Assembly (NCBI GenBank): GCA_008632985.1
Contig: QPGO01000246.1
Coordinates: 62,001 to 97,737 of the forward strand
Direction: 5' to 3'
Source: Psammoneis japonica
Taxonomy: Eukaryota
Length of the DNA: 35,737 nt
Every line of letters starts with the position of its first letter. The stretch's first letter is position 1. The notes beneath the pieces were generated by a model. It had not been told where the DNA came from. It ran no database searches and saw only the letters and a program-made list of their open reading frames with translations. A program made the position numbers and the translations under genes. Shown here one piece after another: positions 32,328 to 35,737 of the stretch.

Positions 32328-32684
32328 TGTGACAATTTAGTGTGACTGTGGACATCTCAGGACGTCCAATCTTCTTAGAATTTCCATGCGGCTGAGTTGG
32401 ACATCGGAAAGGACAATTCAAGTGATGAACTTGCGCCGTGACTCTTGGTGCATGTTCTACATGAGTGACATTCAAAGAATGTCCATTTTCTGACGTGGCA
32501 TTGTCCAAGATCTTTCGGATCACAAAATGAGAGATTCACTTTTAGATTGGTTTTGGCTCATAATTTCAACTGAGCACGAGTCAGCAAGACAACTCATTGC
32601 TGTTTTGCTGGCTTTTAGTGCCTTGCACTGATTGTCAGCAGCACATTCTACAGACAGGACCTGCATCCCAGGTAGAATCCCACA
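32328..32684 (+). repeat. 3' LTR (357 bp)
   Basis: TGTGACAA...GAATCCCACA followed by the TSD CCATT. Confidence 0.95.
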
Positions 32685-32940
32685 CCATTTGGTTCTCGAT
32701 GATGACCACAGCTCTCAGCTGCAGAGGCTGAATGAAGCAGTTGCATCCTTGCAAGAGAAACAGAATGTAATCGATGCCACTGTGAAGTGTGCAGAACCTG
32801 CAGGCAAAGAGAATGAAGACTGTGATGATGAGCTGAGTTTTCTGGAAGCATGTGGACCTGCACTGATCTTGTCTTTCCTTGCTTTGGGTGTGGGAATCAC
32901 CGTTGGTTTGAGGATGGGACATTCACGAGGTGGCAAATGA

Positions 32941-34960
32941 TGCAATGGACACCATGCCAAAGAACCGTCGACAGATCTGCTTGTTCGCAACATTGAAAGG
33001 AAAGTCTCGAGCTGAGACTCGACATTGTTGTGCCAGCGAAAACACTGGTTGTGTTCGCCGACCGCTTGTGCTGGTGGCATCATGATGAATTCGTTGTCGT
33101 CCCAGAAAAACGTCTTGTTGAACTGGTGGGAGACCTTGATGGTGCATTGACAGACATCATTGGATGGGGTCGACGAACACTCGATCATGTGCTTTCTGCA
33201 TGTCTGCGCTTTCACAGTCAACATTGCTCCTTTCGTCTTGATTCGACGGAAAAGCCTTCCATGTCCTGTTCTTGCCAATCCCTGCAGGCCTTGCGAGTGA
33301 TTGATCTTCTTGATGCTTGCCTGGAGCTCCAGCTGGAGGAGGGACTCTGGACGCAATTCATCGCCAAGCTCAGAAAAAATGTGGTGCGCTGATGGCGACT
33401 GAGTGAAGCGCAATGTGTGCTCCTCGAAGTGCCAATCGTGATGGTGGAAAAACCACTCAATTGCGTGAGCAAGGTTGCCCCCCAGTGGTCCAGCATCAGC
33501 GCTCCGGTCTTCAACAAGGCATTGACAACCAAGCACTTTGCAATCTGCGACTTCAATGCAGTTCTGCAAGAATCTTCTGTGGCACACTGTTTTTGTTTCA
33601 ACACACTCCACCATGGGGATGAGAGAGAGGGAGGGCAGTGAAAACATCACTGGCATGAGAGAGAATGCACATCACATGACTGGCACACAAAAAAACATTG
33701 AGGCCTCATTGTTTGAGAGTGATGCCCCAAATGACAAATGCATGGCTTGGAACTTCCTTCCTCTTGTTGTTGCCATGCAAGTCCTGACTTCCACAATGTT
33801 GGTCTCTTGCTGATTGGCAAAGTCCAGCTCAAAAACAATTTTTCTCTCTGCACACAGGCACAAAAACAAAAGCAATTCTTCAAATTGATTGTGGAGGTTT
33901 TCATGTCTGACCAGGTGCTGGAAGAGCTGAGAACTGCCACTTTCTCTTGCTTGTTCTGTTCTCTTGCATGGGTCATTTGATTCTGCCATTAGAGAGTGGC
34001 AGTTTTTTCAGATGTGTGTGTGCTGGCTGGCACCAGAGCCACTCTTGTTTTTGAGATGGTGTCCTGTGTGATTGACCTCCAATTGTTCCCCAGAGGGCAC
34101 AGGCAACTGACAGTCTGCACCAAGCAATCTCAAGAGAGCAAGTCACAGGTGCACTCACGGATCTGTTTGGATCAACAGGTGGAGCAGCAGCGACCTTCGC
34201 AGCTCAAAACATGTGGAGCTGCCTGCAGCACAGCTGTCCAAAGGCAGTTGATAAATTGTTTTGTTTCCACTCACAAACATTACAATGGGTTGTGATCAAA
34301 CAACATGGCTCGTGAGACATTTCTGGAGAAAGATGCTGATGAGCCAAGCACTGTCCACACTGACAAAGATCATGCAAGCTTGAACCACCAAATGGTGCCA
34401 GAACTGTGCCGCTCTTAAACTCTGAAATGAGAGGAAGGTGTGCAGTGGCTCTTTGTAAAAATTTCAAGTTTGGACTGTGCTGCATGCCACCACGTTGTTG
34501 CAAGAAAAAGAAAATCTCCGAGTTTGCCTGTGTTTTTGTGCACAAGCGTTGTGTGTGCCCCACACAGCTTTGGGGCAGCAAATGGGCTTTGCTTTGGCGG
34601 GATTCCATCACCCAAAACATTCATCTCAGTCATCCTTGAAACAAAAGTCTGGCACATTCTTGAAGGAGTGGCCATGTGACACTGCACACACTGGTGGGGG
34701 GGGGCGCTGCTTTGACCTTCTTGCTTCTTCTCTCTGCCGAGCCACCACCACCAGCCCATCTCTGCATCATCATCTCATGATGAACAAAAGCTGTTTCTCT
34801 TTTGAGACAAGAATTTGTTGTGCATCCTGAGTGACAAACAAGCAGCAGACAACAGGCAACAAGCCCGAATGATTGTTGTCTTTGGGATGGCAAGTGTTTG
34901 GCAACAAATTAAATGATGAGATGCATGGCATGTGGGCTTGTCATGGCCGCATGGCCGCCG
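32941..34960. repeat. TpA-depleted block continuing the sequence the copia inserted into (degenerate ORF ~32940-33620, then non-coding)
   Basis: About 6 TA in 2 kb by eye; an interrupted protein-like frame (LVVFADRLCWWHHDEFVVVPEKRLVELV...) with no recognised family. Confidence 0.5.
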
Positions 34961-35068
34961 TACGTTCGGATCGTCAATCTTTCGTTCGATGTTGTCTGGG
35001 GGGATGTGCTTTTCAGGCATCAGAAATCAGGCAGAAGAATTTTGTATGCCGAAAAGGATCTTGACACC

Positions 35069-35737
35069 ATGGCGCTTCTTTACAGCATTCCCGGCGTCCG
35101 CCTTGTCCATGCCAAGCTGAACCAGTTGAGCTCTTTTATTCCTCCACCGCCTCCCGAAACATTGGAACCGAGACGCATTCTAATGGTTCATTCTCACCCC
35201 GTTCCAGACAGTTTGAGCGCTTGCATCGCAGATACCTTTCAAGAGGCCGCCGTCGACGCGGGCCACACTGTGGAACGAATCTCACTTTATGAACACAATG
35301 ATCCGTCAAAGTGCTTATCGTCCGAATATGAGCAAATACGAACGAGAAAATTACTTTTCTGATGAAAAGGTTCTGTCTAAGAAGTCGAGACGCATTTAGG
35401 TCTGATAAAGTGGTGCGACACGTTGGTGTGTGTTTATCCGACTTGGTGGATGAACACTCCTGCGAGCCTCAAGGGATTCTTTGATCGAACATTTCTACCT
35501 GGAGATACGTGGGAATTGCCTTCTCCTGAATCAGCAGGACAAGCGTCTCTTGTTGGAATTGTGCCCAACTCCACAACATTGAACGCATCGTGGGCATTTC
35601 CACCTATGGAGCGACTCGTGCCATTGCCACCATGGCGGGAGACAATGGCCGGCGAATGATTTCAAACAAGGTTCGTCATTCCGTGTGTCCTGCTGCCACT
35701 GTACAATGGTTGGGCTTGTACGGAGTGAATACTGCGA
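35069..35737 (+). CDS. NAD(P)H dehydrogenase (quinone), flavodoxin-like fold; about 3 frameshifts; runs off the window end
   Basis: [41 protein letters not shown] and GISTYG motifs lie in different frames (shifts near 35315, 35380, 35568). The true start may be upstream. Confidence 0.8.

Larger units (their letters stand above)
25743..32684 (+). mobile_element. Full-length, inactivated Ty1/copia LTR retrotransposon (diatom CoDi-like)
   Basis: TG...CA LTRs; 5-bp TSD CCATT at 25738-25742 and 32685-32689; domain order gag-PR-INT-RT-RH; PPT. Confidence 0.95.
24647..32940 (+). pseudogene. TpA-depleted ORF split by the copia insertion (24647-25742 joined to 32690-32940; ~450 aa, coiled coil + C-terminal TM)
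   Basis: Removing the element and one CCATT restores ...VTAH-LVLDDDHSSQLQRLNE...LILSFLALGVGITVGLRMG in one frame. Start codon uncertain. Confidence 0.65.

Overview
Eukaryotic, intron-containing, gene-dense region that looks like a diatom or other stramenopile genome (inferred from gene style and a CoDi-type Ty1/copia element). Host genes: two paralogous signal-peptide/TM/coiled-coil genes (one with two EF-hands), CCT2, an ankyrin-repeat (pseudo)gene, cofilin, RPLP1, DGAT2, HGD, a secreted M64-like zinc peptidase and a flavodoxin-fold quinone reductase. Between them lie repeat-derived blocks (about 1.7-2.8, 8.8-13.3, 20.0-21.4 and 24.5-35.0 kb). These include a full-length copia element (25743-32684; 357-bp LTRs, CCATT TSD) with a nested 396-bp MITE. 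The main signal is that these blocks have almost no TpA. Conserved Tyr codons of the retrotransposon are now Cys or His, Leu codons are now Pro or Ser, and the two LTRs differ mostly by CA/TG swaps. This points to a repeat-targeted, post-insertion, two-strand TpA->TpG/CpA (A:T->G:C) hypermutation, the reverse of fungal RIP. It spares ordinary genes and the MITE but has hit the 5' half of the ankyrin gene. All counts were made by eye and need computational confirmation.
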